Origin: Cyanophyceae cyanobacterium
Lineage (GTDB): Bacteria > Cyanobacteriota > Cyanobacteriia > Cyanobacteriales > Laspinemataceae
Reading direction: 5' to 3'
DNA: 64,000 nt
Assembly (NCBI GenBank): GCA_038321985.1
Contig: JBBQFN010000005.1
Location: 64,001 to 128,000 of the forward strand
Shown here piece after piece: positions 28,560-39,449 of this stretch (positions within the stretch are counted from its first letter, which is position 1; each line of letters begins with the position of its first letter). Both the position numbers and the translations under genes were made by a program. A model generated the notes under the pieces. It had not been told where the DNA came from. It saw only the letters and a list, made by a program, of their open reading frames with translations, and searched no databases.

Positions 28560-29672
28560 CTAACCCACTACCCAATTTCCGAGAGATTCAATGGAATCCA
28601 AAAAATCCGGGGGTTCCAGGGCAGTCGCCTCCGATTTAGGTGGGGGTGAGAACACCGCCGGAGAGAACATCTCCCACATGGTTCGTAAGTAGGGGACAAA
28701 TAGATGGTACTCTTCCACTGTGAGCCGATCGCCTAGATGTTGTCCTAACAGATTAAGCATTTGGCGCACCAGTTCCCACTGTACCCCCAACGCTGGATAC
28801 AGCATCACACACAAAGGAAATAACTCTTGTTGTACCGACGCAATACTTTGTTCGAGTACACAAGCCCACAGATACACTTGAAACATCTCCACATCGCGAA
28901 GGCTAGATTTTCGGACCCTTTTATCACTCAGGTAGCCACTGTTAGTTCGATATTGGGGGTACAGTTCCGTAATGCGATCGCAGATTTCTGTAGCAATCTC
29001 AGAACTGACCGGCAACAATTTTCTAACCGCCTGCAAGGGGCCGTTGTTCCATTCCAATTCGGCTGCTGCTTCATAAACCCGTTGCAGGGGCAAATTTAAG
29101 TAGTCCTGAATTACCCTAAAATAACCTTCTAAGTGCGATCGCTCCATCTCGGAAACCTGCTGCAATAACAACTGTCCCGTATAGTAAAATTGCAAATTAA
29201 CCCAGCTAATCGTCAACGGTTCCGAGGCGGCGTATGCTTGGCGCAATCGTCCCAATATCGGTGCGATCGCCCCGGCGAGTTGTTGAGGAGAGTTGCCCTG
29301 TGCATACAGTTCCAGTGCTTCTTCATAAACTTGATGGACTTTCGACGTAATCTCCCAGGAATTCAGATTTTGGGAGTGAATGGCATAATGTTTTAAAGCC
29401 TGTGCTAATAGAATTTCGGTTTTTGACAACCCTTGAGCAATACATAAGCGCAATGACTGCCGCAGGGTAGCCGCCACCCGTTCTCGGGTCATTAACTCCG
29501 ACTCATCAACCCCATCGCGATCGCCCTGGTTCTCTTGAACTTGAGAATCCGAATTTAGCTTCTGTACATAGCGCTTCGCCCATTCTTGCGCGAACGAAGT
29601 CACCGGGGAAACTTCGGTCTCCGAAGGCCATCGAATATAACGAGCATAACGTCCAGCGATCGGTTTATTCAT
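28560..29672 (-). CDS. Hypothetical helical protein with a C-terminal phycobiliprotein/globin-like domain
   Basis: 370 aa ORF; SSLRDVEMFQVYL...LYPALGV resembles CLRDLDYYLRL...MYKSLG of allophycocyanins. Confidence 0.7.
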   Translation of the reverse strand: MNKPIAGRYARYIRWPSETEVSPVTSFAQEWAKRYVQKLNSDSQVQENQGDRDGVDESELMTRERVAATLRQSLRLCIAQGLSKTEILLAQALKHYAIHSQNLNSWEITSKVHQVYEEALELYAQGNSPQQLAGAIAPILGRLRQAYAASEPLTISWVNLQFYYTGQLLLQQVSEMERSHLEGYFRVIQDYLNLPLQRVYEAAAELEWNNGPLQAVRKLLPVSSEIATEICDRITELYPQYRTNSGYLSDKRVRKSSLRDVEMFQVYLWACVLEQSIASVQQELFPLCVMLYPALGVQWELVRQMLNLLGQHLGDRLTVEEYHLFVPYLRTMWEMFSPAVFSPPPKSEATALEPPDFLDSIESLGNWVVG

Positions 29673-30064
29673 GATTTTGACTTTCCTGGAAATTGAGCGG
29701 GGGTTCGGCTAAAGGTGCTAAAGATGCAAGTTAAATTTGTAAATCTATCCCCCGGTTATATCTGAGATAGCAGAGGTTAAATATTCAACGTTACTTTCAA
29801 ATTTTAACTTTTTTTAAGTTTTCTCTCTACCCTCCCTGGAAACCCTCAGAAGTTTGGCCCTCTTCTCCAGGCACAAGAGAGGGTTATCAGGCATCCCCAA
29901 TGAAAAGCAAAGCGGGGAAGGTTTTCAGTAGGTTTTTTACAAAACCTCCTCGGGTAGGGTAGGCCCCTAAAGGAACACCCGATTCTGGCAAACCCGCCTC
30001 TGAAAAGAAAGTATTTTTACTTATAGCTATTTCATCAAAGGGGTGATATAGTTAGAGATTGTTA

Positions 30065-30137
30065 GGGCACGTAGCTCAGGGGATAGAGCACCAGATTCCG
30101 GTTCTGGGTGTCGGGGGTTCAAATCCCTCCGTGCTCG
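30065..30137 (+). tRNA. trnR: tRNA-Arg(CCG)
   Basis: Acceptor GGGCACG/CGTGCTC, D arm GCTC/GAGC, anticodon arm CCAGA-TTCCGGT-TCTGG, T loop GGTTCAAATCC; CCA not encoded. Confidence 0.97.
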
Positions 30138-30162
30138 TTGGATGATTTTCAAAGACTCCACT

Positions 30163-30196
30163 AAAAAAGGGGCTGGTTTTAAACCGGCTCCTTTTT
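30163..30196. terminator. Bidirectional terminator between the tRNA and kaiC
   Basis: AAAAAAGGGGCTGGTTT-T-AAACCGGCTCCTTTTT. Confidence 0.8.
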
Positions 30197-30208
30197 GCCT
30201 AAATCCCT

Positions 30209-31771
30209 TTAAATATCTTCCCCGCCTTTTCCCTGCACCCCTTTCACAATTCGGGAGAGTTCGGTTTTTTCGTCTACCGAAATCCGGGACGGAGAACCAC
30301 TGATAATTCGTTCGTAATTGCGGAACGAATCTTTAATTTCCGGCCCTTGATGGCTAATCGAGTATTCTCGGATGCCTTTATCATGCCAAGAACCGCGCAT
30401 TTTAAAAACGTTAATAGCTCGGGACATTTCCCCGCGAATTTCCACATACTGCAACATTAAAATCGTATCCGTAATCGTAGAAATATGGGATTCCGTAATC
30501 GAATGAGCACCCATAAATTGATCGGTGGTATTGGTAAAAAAGCCCGTAATTTCTTCTTGTTTGGCATACCCGGTTACACCAATCACAAATTGACGAAATG
30601 CATTATTACTGACTCCGCGAGCTAACGCAGAAAGCGAGTCAATCGCAATCCGAGCCGGTTTAAATTCAGAAATATCAGTTTTAATGATTTGTAAATGGTC
30701 TTCCAACCCGGCAGACTCGGGATAAGCGCAGAGGATTCTCAACAATCCCTTTTCTTCTAGTTCTTCAAAATCAATGCCCCAGGAGTAAGCATTTCTGAGG
30801 AGTTGAGCGCGGGATTCTTCGTAGGCAAACAACATCGCCCGTTGACCATTTTGGCAGGCATCCTCCACAAATTTACTCACCAACAGAGTTTTTCCAGTGC
30901 CGGTTGCGCCGGTTGCTAGAATGATAGAATCCTTAAAAAATCCACCGCCACACATGGTATCCAGGGTTTTGACCCCGGATGAAACCCGAACATTTGAGGA
31001 GCGTTGCGTGAGGCGCATTGCCCCCAAGGGGAAGATATTAATCCCTTCATTGGTAATCGTGAAAGGATATTCCCCTTTCATGTGGGTTGTGCCACGCAAT
31101 TTCAAGATTTCTAGGGTACGGCGGCGACGTTCTCCCTCTAAAACGTTCCGAACAATCACCACATTATCAGAGACGAATTCTTCTACCCCAAACCGAGCCA
31201 CGGGTCCATATTCTTCAACTCGTTCCGTGGTCATAACAGTAGTCGCACCCACTTGTTTTAGACGGGCGACTAGGCGAAAAATTTCGCGGCGCACGACTGA
31301 GGCAGCATCATATTGTTGAAATACTGCCGTTACCGAGTCAATTGAGACGCGTTTGGCTTTGTATTTGCGAATAGCATACTGAATCCGCTCAATCAGTGCA
31401 GAAAGGTCAAAATTCCCCACCACATCTTGTCCCTCTGGATCCGGCGAAGCATCGAGAATAAAAAGTTTACCTTGATCAATTAAACCTTGCAGGTCCCACC
31501 CAAAACTATAAGCATTTTTGATAATATCGCTGGGAGATTCTTCAAAAGTCACGAAGACCCCGGGTTCCTCAAACAAGGTGATCCCGTTATAGAGAAACTG
31601 GATTGCAAATAAGGTTTTACCCGTCCCTGATGTGCCGCTAACTAACGTCGTTCTGCCGACGGGCATCCCGCCATGACTGATGTCGTCAAAGCCCTCAATC
31701 ATAGTCCGGATTTTATGGACGCCTAGGGGCATACGTTCTTCACTTTGTCCAGATAGCTTATTCAGATTCAT
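30209..31771 (-). CDS. kaiC: Circadian clock ATPase/kinase KaiC
   Basis: Two P-loops (GTSGTGKT, GATGTGKT), SHISTITD phosphosites, FKMRGSWH. Confidence 0.99.
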   Translation of the reverse strand: MNLNKLSGQSEERMPLGVHKIRTMIEGFDDISHGGMPVGRTTLVSGTSGTGKTLFAIQFLYNGITLFEEPGVFVTFEESPSDIIKNAYSFGWDLQGLIDQGKLFILDASPDPEGQDVVGNFDLSALIERIQYAIRKYKAKRVSIDSVTAVFQQYDAASVVRREIFRLVARLKQVGATTVMTTERVEEYGPVARFGVEEFVSDNVVIVRNVLEGERRRRTLEILKLRGTTHMKGEYPFTITNEGINIFPLGAMRLTQRSSNVRVSSGVKTLDTMCGGGFFKDSIILATGATGTGKTLLVSKFVEDACQNGQRAMLFAYEESRAQLLRNAYSWGIDFEELEEKGLLRILCAYPESAGLEDHLQIIKTDISEFKPARIAIDSLSALARGVSNNAFRQFVIGVTGYAKQEEITGFFTNTTDQFMGAHSITESHISTITDTILMLQYVEIRGEMSRAINVFKMRGSWHDKGIREYSISHQGPEIKDSFRNYERIISGSPSRISVDEKTELSRIVKGVQGKGGEDI

Positions 31772-31874
31772 AGAGTGAGTTTAAAAATGATAAAAAGGCT
31801 AGGGGTCAGGAACAATAGACCTAGAATTATAAATTAATTAAGGGAAGTTGAGACAAGAGTGAACCGAGAGTTTT

Positions 31875-32189
31875 TCACTCAAATTCTCGTTCTTCTCGTA
31901 ATTCTTCATAGAGGAGATCTAAGCCGATCAAGACTTTTTCACGGTCCGAGAGGTCTCCGATAATTTTACGAACAGGAGGGGGCAGTATTTTGGAAAGAGT
32001 TGGGGTTGCCAGGATTTTATCCTCTTCAGCGAGTTGAGGATTTTTCAAGACATCAATAACTTTGAGTGCATAAACCCCTTCAAATTCTTGCTCTAAGATA
32101 TCTTTAAGTGTTTTTAAAGCTCGTACCGAATTGGGGGTATTCCCCGCAACGTAAAGTTTGAGAACGTAGGTTTTTCTGGGATTAATCAT
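31875..32189 (-). CDS. kaiB: Circadian clock protein KaiB
   Basis: [14 protein letters not shown]...KILATPTL...[12 protein letters not shown]. Confidence 0.99.
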   Translation of the reverse strand: MINPRKTYVLKLYVAGNTPNSVRALKTLKDILEQEFEGVYALKVIDVLKNPQLAEEDKILATPTLSKILPPPVRKIIGDLSDREKVLIGLDLLYEELREEREFE

Positions 32190-32248
32190 GGATTCACGGT
32201 GTAAATTTTGAATACAGAAGAAAAAGAGGGGTTGGGAGTGAAGAGCGA

Positions 32249-33274
32249 TTACGCATCTCTAGGAATCGATCGCCGATACATTTCACATAAATGTGCAATA
32301 ATATCAATAAGAGTTAATCGGTAGTCTAAGAGAATTTCTTCACTGCGCCCTTCGAGTTTGAGCTGCTTAGAAAAGTCATCCATTAAATCCATGTGTATTT
32401 CCACGATCTGCGTTACCGAAATATCAGCCAAAAAAGCGGTACTGACCATCTCATCAATTTTTTGATTGAGGGAGCCATCCGTTGAGAAGTAATTCAAAAC
32501 GATATCACGATATTCGCCTTTAAGTTCATCTAAAAAATGTTGCCGCTCCGCTGGGGGCAAGTTACGCAGAAAACGTTTGGGATTGCGTTTGTAGTACACG
32601 CCTAGATATCCTAATCGCTCCCTCAATTTCTCCGCCAGCCGATCTTGCGGAGGGCCGAGAAAGTTCTGGGTAGATGTGGCTGTTGAGGAATTTGGGGTAG
32701 ATTCACTGGGATCCGGTTCCCAGGAGACTGGGGAGAAGTTAATAAACTGGGTAATGCCTTTTTCAATGTAACGACCAATCTCCGCCAGTTGAGAAAGGGA
32801 AATATGGGCTTCAGCCGTATGGTAGACCACTTTGGAAGAGAAAAAATTGCCATTTTCAGAGGATGTAGCGGAAGTTAGAAGGTTCTCGTTAACTTCAAGA
32901 GTTGCATTTTGGGCTGATTCACTGGCTTGATGTGAACCCAGATGCACAATTACCGCAGGCAGGAGAGTCGATTGTTGCTGGAGTTGATGGGTCAGGACCT
33001 TTAAGTTCGGATGAGCTTGTAAAATTAAACAGTCAAGCTGTTGTTTTTCTCCTTCGACGAAGGTAAAAAACTCATCAGTCCCCTTAAAATAAGTGAGCGC
33101 ATAACGATCGCTCTCCAAAAACTGGTTAAGCGATTGCGCCAGGGTATCCGATGGCCCGAAAGTACAAATAGAGAGTTTGGGTTGCAAAACGTTATTAGAA
33201 AAATGGATGTTCCAATTGATTACTCGTGCAGCAGCAATGTTGACTTGCCCTGCCGCCATTGACTGGTGGCTCAA
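32249..33274 (-). CDS. kaiA: Circadian clock protein KaiA, full length (likely start TTG at 33187)
   Basis: N-terminal pseudo-receiver (LDCLILQ); C-terminal [14 protein letters not shown]...[13 protein letters not shown]. Confidence 0.98.
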   Translation of the reverse strand: MSHQSMAAGQVNIAAARVINWNIHFSNNVLQPKLSICTFGPSDTLAQSLNQFLESDRYALTYFKGTDEFFTFVEGEKQQLDCLILQAHPNLKVLTHQLQQQSTLLPAVIVHLGSHQASESAQNATLEVNENLLTSATSSENGNFFSSKVVYHTAEAHISLSQLAEIGRYIEKGITQFINFSPVSWEPDPSESTPNSSTATSTQNFLGPPQDRLAEKLRERLGYLGVYYKRNPKRFLRNLPPAERQHFLDELKGEYRDIVLNYFSTDGSLNQKIDEMVSTAFLADISVTQIVEIHMDLMDDFSKQLKLEGRSEEILLDYRLTLIDIIAHLCEMYRRSIPRDA

Positions 33275-33588
33275 GGCTTAGTTAAACATTCAAGCCAACA
33301 CTCTAACTAATTGTACTGGTTTGCTATGCCTCACACCCCATTCAGAGCGATAATTGATGTCTAGCTGGAGTGGTGAGTGGTTTTCCTCTCCCCCAAAATA
33401 CGATTCCCTGGTGATGGGTATATCCGTTATCCCCATTATTGACCCTACACCCGGGAGCAGAATGTACTCGGGCTTAGAGTAAACGCCCTCTAGAATGGCA
33501 TCCTTGAGGGAACCCTCCGACTGCTATGAGTTGCCGTTAACTCAAGACTCTTTTTTGATTTTCTCAAAATCTTCATCCCGAGTTCCCT

Positions 33589-36500
33589 ATGTTAAAGACT
33601 CCCCTACTCTTAGAAGAATTTATCCTCCCCACGCCTGTATGTCTGCAAACGGTAAGTATAGCAGAGTTGTGGCAGCGCTTGAGCGTCAGCGCGGGGCGGA
33701 TGTCAGCTTTTGAGCGCCTCATCCTGGTCGATGAGGGGGAAACTCCGGTGGGCGTTCTGGATGTGGGGGGTTTATTCCTGAATTTGTTACAGGGAGAGAG
33801 TTCGGCTCAGGAGTTGGGGTTGAGTGATCCGAGAAAGGGTCTACCTCACACGGATTTATCAACTTTGATGGCCCGCTTCTGCGCCAATTTAGAAATTTGG
33901 CAGCAACCTGTCGCCCAATTAAGTCCAGGGGCGATCGCCTCGGTGCAGAGCGTTCCGGCTGATTTCACCTTAGCTCAGTTCTGGGAAAGACTCCAAACAC
34001 CAGATGAGGGCCAATTTAGGCAACGGGAGTGGGTTGTGGTAGATGCCGAGGGCAAAGGCTTAGGGTTGTTGGATTTTCCCCGGGCGATCGCAGCTTTGGC
34101 CCAAAATACCACTCTTGTTCCCCGGAGTGCCGGGTTTCTAGGGGAAAGGTCCGTGGGCCTGTCTGTTCCGAGTCTGGTTCCGGGTTCCCCTTCCGGGGCC
34201 GTTCACCCCCTGGGACAACTCCTAGAAGAAATCCCCTTGCCGATGAAGTTGCAAACCTCGGCCGGTAAAGTAGCCAGTCATAACCAAGCATGGCGTACCT
34301 ACTTCAACTCATCCCCGGGTGCGGATCTGGAATCTTTGGAGGAACTGCGAACCCCATTAGAACCCACTTCAAATCGGGAACCGGACCACTTAGAACAGCC
34401 GGACTCTGAATCCCTGAGTTTGGGTTTATGCCCTATGCCTAAGGGGTCGGACCGAGTGTGGCAGTTTGTAAAAATCCCGATCGGTCTTGCCTTGTCTTCG
34501 CGATCGGCTCACCAGTCAGGGTCTGATCACCCCGTTGACCCTCAAGCCCCCCGAGTGAAACAGACCCCCCCAGAAGAGTCCATTGAGGATCTAGCCAACT
34601 CCGGGCGAGCGGATGTGGCACAGAACGAACCCCTCTGGTTGGTGTTGGCTCAGGATGTGACGGTTCAGCAGCAAGTTGCCAAAGAACTGGCTGCCAAAAA
34701 TGCCGATTTAATGCAGCTTAACCGACTCAAGGATGAATTTCTCGCCTGTATCAGTCACGAACTCAAAACCCCCCTCACCGCAGTTCTAGGGTTATCCAGT
34801 CTGCTCAAGGAAAGGACCCTCGGCCCCCTGAGCGATCGCCAAGCTCGCTATGCGCAAATGATCTACACGAGCGGGCGACATCTGATGAATGTGGTCAACG
34901 ATATCTTAGATCTAACCCGGATCGAGAGCGGACAAATGGAATTGATTCTCGAACCCGTATGTATCCCTGAAGTGTGCGATCGCGCCTTTGACCAAGCTAA
35001 ACAGTCCCATCATCCCTCGGACTCCCCGGCTCATGGCTCTAGCAGCAATGCCCCGATTACGGAACTGGAAATCCCATTTACCCTCGAACTAGAACCCGGT
35101 TTACCGGGCCTGATCGCGGACGAATTGCGCCTGGGGCAGATGCTGTACAACCTGATTTCCAACGCTATTAAATTTACTGCCAACGGGGGGGAAATCGGCC
35201 TCAAGGTCAATCGCTGGGAAGGTTGGTTGGCTTTTACCGTCTGGGATACAGGGATTGGAATCCCTGCCCAAAAGCAGCACTTGATTTTTCAAAAGTTCCA
35301 ACAATTAGAAAATCCCATGACGCGCCAGTTTGAGGGAACGGGGTTGGGATTGGCATTAACCCAGCGCCTTGCTCGTGCTCATGGAGGTGATGTTACCTTT
35401 ATTTCAAAAGAAGGGGTGGGGAGTGAGTTTACCCTGCTTTTACCCCCTTGTCCCCCGCAACCGACGACGACCCTTACGGAACGAGCCGCCCCTACGAAGA
35501 ATCGCTTGATTTTAATTGTGGAAGCGGTGCCTCGATATATTGATGATTTGACCGAACGGTTTAATGAGTTGGGCTATCGGGTGGCGATCGCCCGTGCAGG
35601 CACTGAGGCTGTGGAAAAAGCTCGGCGCTTACAGCCTCGGGCTATTTTCTTGAATTTATTCCTGCCGATGCTATCCGGCTGGGACGTGCTCACCCTCCTC
35701 AAATCCGACCCCCAAACCCGACATATTCCGGCGATTGTCATGGCAACAGAGGTGGATAAGGAACGGGCGCTGCGGGCTTCCTGTGATGGGTTTCTAACCC
35801 TGCCTGTTGTCGGGGACTCCCTCGAAAAAACCCTAGAGGCGTTAATGCAGAACCCGAAAGATGATAGCTTGGCAACGCCGCAAACGACCCTGACGGTGTT
35901 ACGCCTGAGTCCATTTGACCCAGATTATCGCGATATCGACGGGCGATCGCCTTGTGATTCCATTGACGAGTTAAGCGATCAACTCAACGGATTACTAGCC
36001 TCGGGGTTAAACCTGAGTGTGTCCTATCATTATCGGGTTTTAGAAGCCGACGATCTCGAACAAGCCGAATTATTGGCCCGAGTTTGGCATCTGGACGCAA
36101 TCTTGCTGGATCCGGCCCATCGCCTCCAGAACTCCAGTGCCTTTATCCAACAACTGAGTCACTATCCGGCCCTGGCTGCGGTCCCTCTGGTGACTCTGGA
36201 TCGCCAAATTGCGGTATTCGCATCCCAAATTCCGGGTTTGACAGTGTTTCCTTATCTACAGCCGGTTCGGACCAGTGACACGGAAGATGAGGCGGATTGG
36301 CCGAATGCAGCAGCTTTATTACAAGCGGTGGAAATAGCCGTGGGAATGAGTTCTAAACCGGCAATTTTAGCTATTGATATCTCCATTCTGTCTCAGTTTC
36401 CCGACCCACAAACGGCGATCGCCCCAGGGCAGTCACAGCTTGGCCGTTTAGCTGTCGATTCTGCCGCGACTAAAAACGAGTGGCTACAAGTCTCGATCCA

Positions 36501-36864
36501 ATATATTCAAACCGCTGGGTTTAGATGTTGGATGGGTCGTTCTTGGTCGGAAGTCTGGCAGCAATTGCAACACCATAGTGTTGATTTACTCTTGATTTGT
36601 GTCCCCGATTCTGTCCCCTGTGAGTTTCCGATTGAGGCGTTGAAAGTGTTGGAACAGCTTCCTGATCGACCGGCCATTTTGATTGTTGATCGCTCAGTTG
36701 ATGCTAAGGAAGCAGGCATGACTTTAGAACCGGACGGAATTTCCATCCGTGAGGCGATCGGCGAACTTCGGTCGGCTTTAAGAACCCTTTCTACCCAAAT
36801 GTTACCGTCTACAGTATCGATGGAAGAGTTATTGGATGTGATTAATCAAGTCCTCAAAATTTGA
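33589..36864 (+). CDS. Hybrid sensor histidine kinase (CBS-like pair, degenerate PAS, HisKA, HATPase, receiver-like domains)
   Basis: SHELKTPL H-box, NLISNAIKFT, DTGIGI, GTGLGL; receiver-like folds downstream. Confidence 0.92.
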   Translation: MLKTPLLLEEFILPTPVCLQTVSIAELWQRLSVSAGRMSAFERLILVDEGETPVGVLDVGGLFLNLLQGESSAQELGLSDPRKGLPHTDLSTLMARFCANLEIWQQPVAQLSPGAIASVQSVPADFTLAQFWERLQTPDEGQFRQREWVVVDAEGKGLGLLDFPRAIAALAQNTTLVPRSAGFLGERSVGLSVPSLVPGSPSGAVHPLGQLLEEIPLPMKLQTSAGKVASHNQAWRTYFNSSPGADLESLEELRTPLEPTSNREPDHLEQPDSESLSLGLCPMPKGSDRVWQFVKIPIGLALSSRSAHQSGSDHPVDPQAPRVKQTPPEESIEDLANSGRADVAQNEPLWLVLAQDVTVQQQVAKELAAKNADLMQLNRLKDEFLACISHELKTPLTAVLGLSSLLKERTLGPLSDRQARYAQMIYTSGRHLMNVVNDILDLTRIESGQMELILEPVCIPEVCDRAFDQAKQSHHPSDSPAHGSSSNAPITELEIPFTLELEPGLPGLIADELRLGQMLYNLISNAIKFTANGGEIGLKVNRWEGWLAFTVWDTGIGIPAQKQHLIFQKFQQLENPMTRQFEGTGLGLALTQRLARAHGGDVTFISKEGVGSEFTLLLPPCPPQPTTTLTERAAPTKNRLILIVEAVPRYIDDLTERFNELGYRVAIARAGTEAVEKARRLQPRAIFLNLFLPMLSGWDVLTLLKSDPQTRHIPAIVMATEVDKERALRASCDGFLTLPVVGDSLEKTLEALMQNPKDDSLATPQTTLTVLRLSPFDPDYRDIDGRSPCDSIDELSDQLNGLLASGLNLSVSYHYRVLEADDLEQAELLARVWHLDAILLDPAHRLQNSSAFIQQLSHYPALAAVPLVTLDRQIAVFASQIPGLTVFPYLQPVRTSDTEDEADWPNAAALLQAVEIAVGMSSKPAILAIDISILSQFPDPQTAIAPGQSQLGRLAVDSAATKNEWLQVSIQYIQTAGFRCWMGRSWSEVWQQLQHHSVDLLLICVPDSVPCEFPIEALKVLEQLPDRPAILIVDRSVDAKEAGMTLEPDGISIREAIGELRSALRTLSTQMLPSTVSMEELLDVINQVLKI

Positions 36865-37087
36865 ATCGGCGACAACGAGATTATAACGGGTTCATGACTT
36901 ATTTTTGGACTCGGGGGGGAAATGCAAAATTGGAGGCTTGGCCTCCTTTTTATAACAGCTTTAAATCATTCCTATAATAGAACTATAAAATAAAGGAGTG
37001 CAATCTTCTAGCTCGCTATGGGGCGGGGGTAAGCAAACAAGATGTCTGCCTCCAGCACTCTACGCCAAGGCACTCCCTAAAAAATTA

Positions 37088-39046
37088 TCATCCTTCCTCT
37101 TTTATCCCTCTTTCCGTAGGCGTAAAAAACTGTTTTGGCATCTCTACTAGCCAGTAATTGCCCCGTTGAGCTACCAGGTGATAAGTTTCAGAATTTTCAA
37201 TTTCCAATCCCTTGATTTTATCGGGATATCCTAACACCAAAAAAGGTAGTAAATTGGAATTTTTTGCCGCTAATTCTTGCAAATACTCTCGGGCATGAGT
37301 TGAGCGCCTAAAAAATTGAATGGGTTGATGACTATAAAAAACTAAACTCGGTTTTTCAAAGGCCACCATCACCACTTCTTGTTCCGGTTGTTTGACCTGT
37401 TCGATAATTTCTGCCAGTTGACGGACTGGCAATTGCCGTTCAGCATCAAAGATAAAATAAACGGGGATAACCGCTACCATAAAAAGTGCCAAAAATCCAG
37501 CAATATTCACGACCATGAGCCATCGCCATTGCCGTATTAATATCAGAATTATTCCCATTAAAGAACTGGTGATTAAAATCAAAGCCCCTCGTTCTATTAT
37601 ACCTGAATCGGTCAAAACTTGGGGGAATTTGGGCATTGCTGGGTCTGGGGTTAAAATGCTGGGACTGTAGAGAATAGCACCTGCCATTAATAATAATAAG
37701 ACTAAGTTTCCGAGGATGGAACCTTTCACCCCTAAGCCGAATCGATTCGGTTTACCATTAGTGTCAGATTTAAAGGTTTCTTCACTCCAGAACAAGGCGA
37801 CTAAAATTGCGGCAGCAGGGAGGGCAGGGAGAATATAACTGGGAAGTTTGGTTACAGCAACGGTAAAGAAAATAAAGATACTGCCTAACCAAAATAAGGC
37901 AAATAAACCCAGATGATTGGCCCGGGGTTGATTGCGCCAGCGATCGCGTTTCCAAAACCGTAACCGGGCGATCGCAATGGGTAAATAAATCGACCACGGG
38001 GAAAATCCGGCTAAAAGGACTAAAAAGTAAAAATACCAGGCTGCACTGTGGTTGTTAACGACCTGAGTAAAGCGTTCAAAGTTATGATACCCAAAAAATG
38101 TATCAATATAAGTTTGACCATTGGCTAATATTACTAAAATGTACCAAGGCAGGGCAATTCCTACTACAATTAAAATCCCACGGAGGGGTTTCATTTCTTT
38201 TAGTAATTCTTTCACTTGTCCCAGGTAAATTGCAAATGATCCAATAATTAACCCTGGCAATACTAATCCCACCGGCCCTTTAGTAAGAATAGCCAAGGCG
38301 ATTAAAATGTAAAAAATTACATACCAGAAATCCGCTGTCAAAACTCGACTGGGTTTTACTTCTTTTTCAGCAGCGGTTAAGGCTGCTTCCCTAAAGCCTT
38401 CAGTATCTGAAAGATGATTGTTTCCGAGTAGATTCCCCGAATTTAGGAACTTATGGGGACTAGCATATCCCCAGAAAAAAGCCATTAAAGCACTTCCCAT
38501 GCAAGCACTCAATAACATATCAGAAACACCAATACGCCCCCAAGCAATAGTTTGAAAATTCAAGGCGGCGATCGCCCCCCCGAGTCCGGCACAAAACCAG
38601 GCTTTTCGAGGGATGTTTCGGGTAGGTTCCGGTTCTCCTATTTCTGAATGAAGAGAAGATTGGGGAACCGTAAAATAAAGCAGGGTGAAAAACACAAAAA
38701 ACATCAGGGCGATCGCCGATAAAGCCGAAGGCAGACGTACCGCCCATTCATTCACTCCAAAAATTTGGTAGGCGATCGCCATCAACCAATAAATCAAGGG
38801 TGGCTTATCAAATCTCGTTTCTTCATTAAAATAGGGAGTAACCCAATCCCCAGTCACCGCCATTTGTCGAGCAGCTTCTGCAAATAAGGGTTCGGTTTCA
38901 TCGACTAACCCCACGCTGCCTAATTCCCATAAAAAAGCAATCCAGCCAATCCCCATTAGCCCCAAAATTGATAATAGTAAGGTCAACTTAGGATTTACCC
39001 TTACCTTATTATCATTATCCCAAAATCGATTCAGTTGAAGTTTCAT
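37088..39046 (-). CDS. ArnT/GT39-like polytopic glycosyltransferase
   Basis: DETEPLFAEAARQM, RFDKPPL, LTKGP, TKLPSY; many TM helices. Confidence 0.9.
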   Translation of the reverse strand: MKLQLNRFWDNDNKVRVNPKLTLLLSILGLMGIGWIAFLWELGSVGLVDETEPLFAEAARQMAVTGDWVTPYFNEETRFDKPPLIYWLMAIAYQIFGVNEWAVRLPSALSAIALMFFVFFTLLYFTVPQSSLHSEIGEPEPTRNIPRKAWFCAGLGGAIAALNFQTIAWGRIGVSDMLLSACMGSALMAFFWGYASPHKFLNSGNLLGNNHLSDTEGFREAALTAAEKEVKPSRVLTADFWYVIFYILIALAILTKGPVGLVLPGLIIGSFAIYLGQVKELLKEMKPLRGILIVVGIALPWYILVILANGQTYIDTFFGYHNFERFTQVVNNHSAAWYFYFLVLLAGFSPWSIYLPIAIARLRFWKRDRWRNQPRANHLGLFALFWLGSIFIFFTVAVTKLPSYILPALPAAAILVALFWSEETFKSDTNGKPNRFGLGVKGSILGNLVLLLLMAGAILYSPSILTPDPAMPKFPQVLTDSGIIERGALILITSSLMGIILILIRQWRWLMVVNIAGFLALFMVAVIPVYFIFDAERQLPVRQLAEIIEQVKQPEQEVVMVAFEKPSLVFYSHQPIQFFRRSTHAREYLQELAAKNSNLLPFLVLGYPDKIKGLEIENSETYHLVAQRGNYWLVEMPKQFFTPTERGIKEEG

Positions 39047-39449
39047 CGGTTATGTATCTAAAGTCCGTTGTTTTTTGAGTTATTTCCTAGGGGTTTGATC
39101 CGATTTGATTTGAGCGGAATTTACAAACAGTTTAAGGACGGAGACCTCTATTAATTTCCTATGTTAGTCTGGAGATCAGGTAACCCCGGGGGGACCGCGA
39201 TCGCGAAAAGGGAGATGGGGTAGGTTGTGTCTTACCCTCGATCCTTTCCCCGATAGTAGCCAGGAACAGAGCTAGAATATGCTATTGTATCTAAAAACCC
39301 GGCAAATGCTTCTTTCTGGGTTGGGATACAGGATTGAGATGACATCTTTGAGTTGCGATCACCGGGGCGATTTGTCGATGTCAGCATAGGGTCTCTGGTT
39401 GAAACAGTCCCAGAAACGGCTAAATTTGCTATTTAAAATGATATGAGCT

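Noticed and set aside
30065..30137. tRNA as an integration site for an island or prophage
   Set aside because: No integrase and no duplicated tRNA 3' end seen; a terminator and kaiC follow immediately.
33188..33274. N-terminal extension on KaiA
   Set aside because: Probably an artefact of the longest-ORF call; TTG at 33187 gives a typical KaiA N-terminus.
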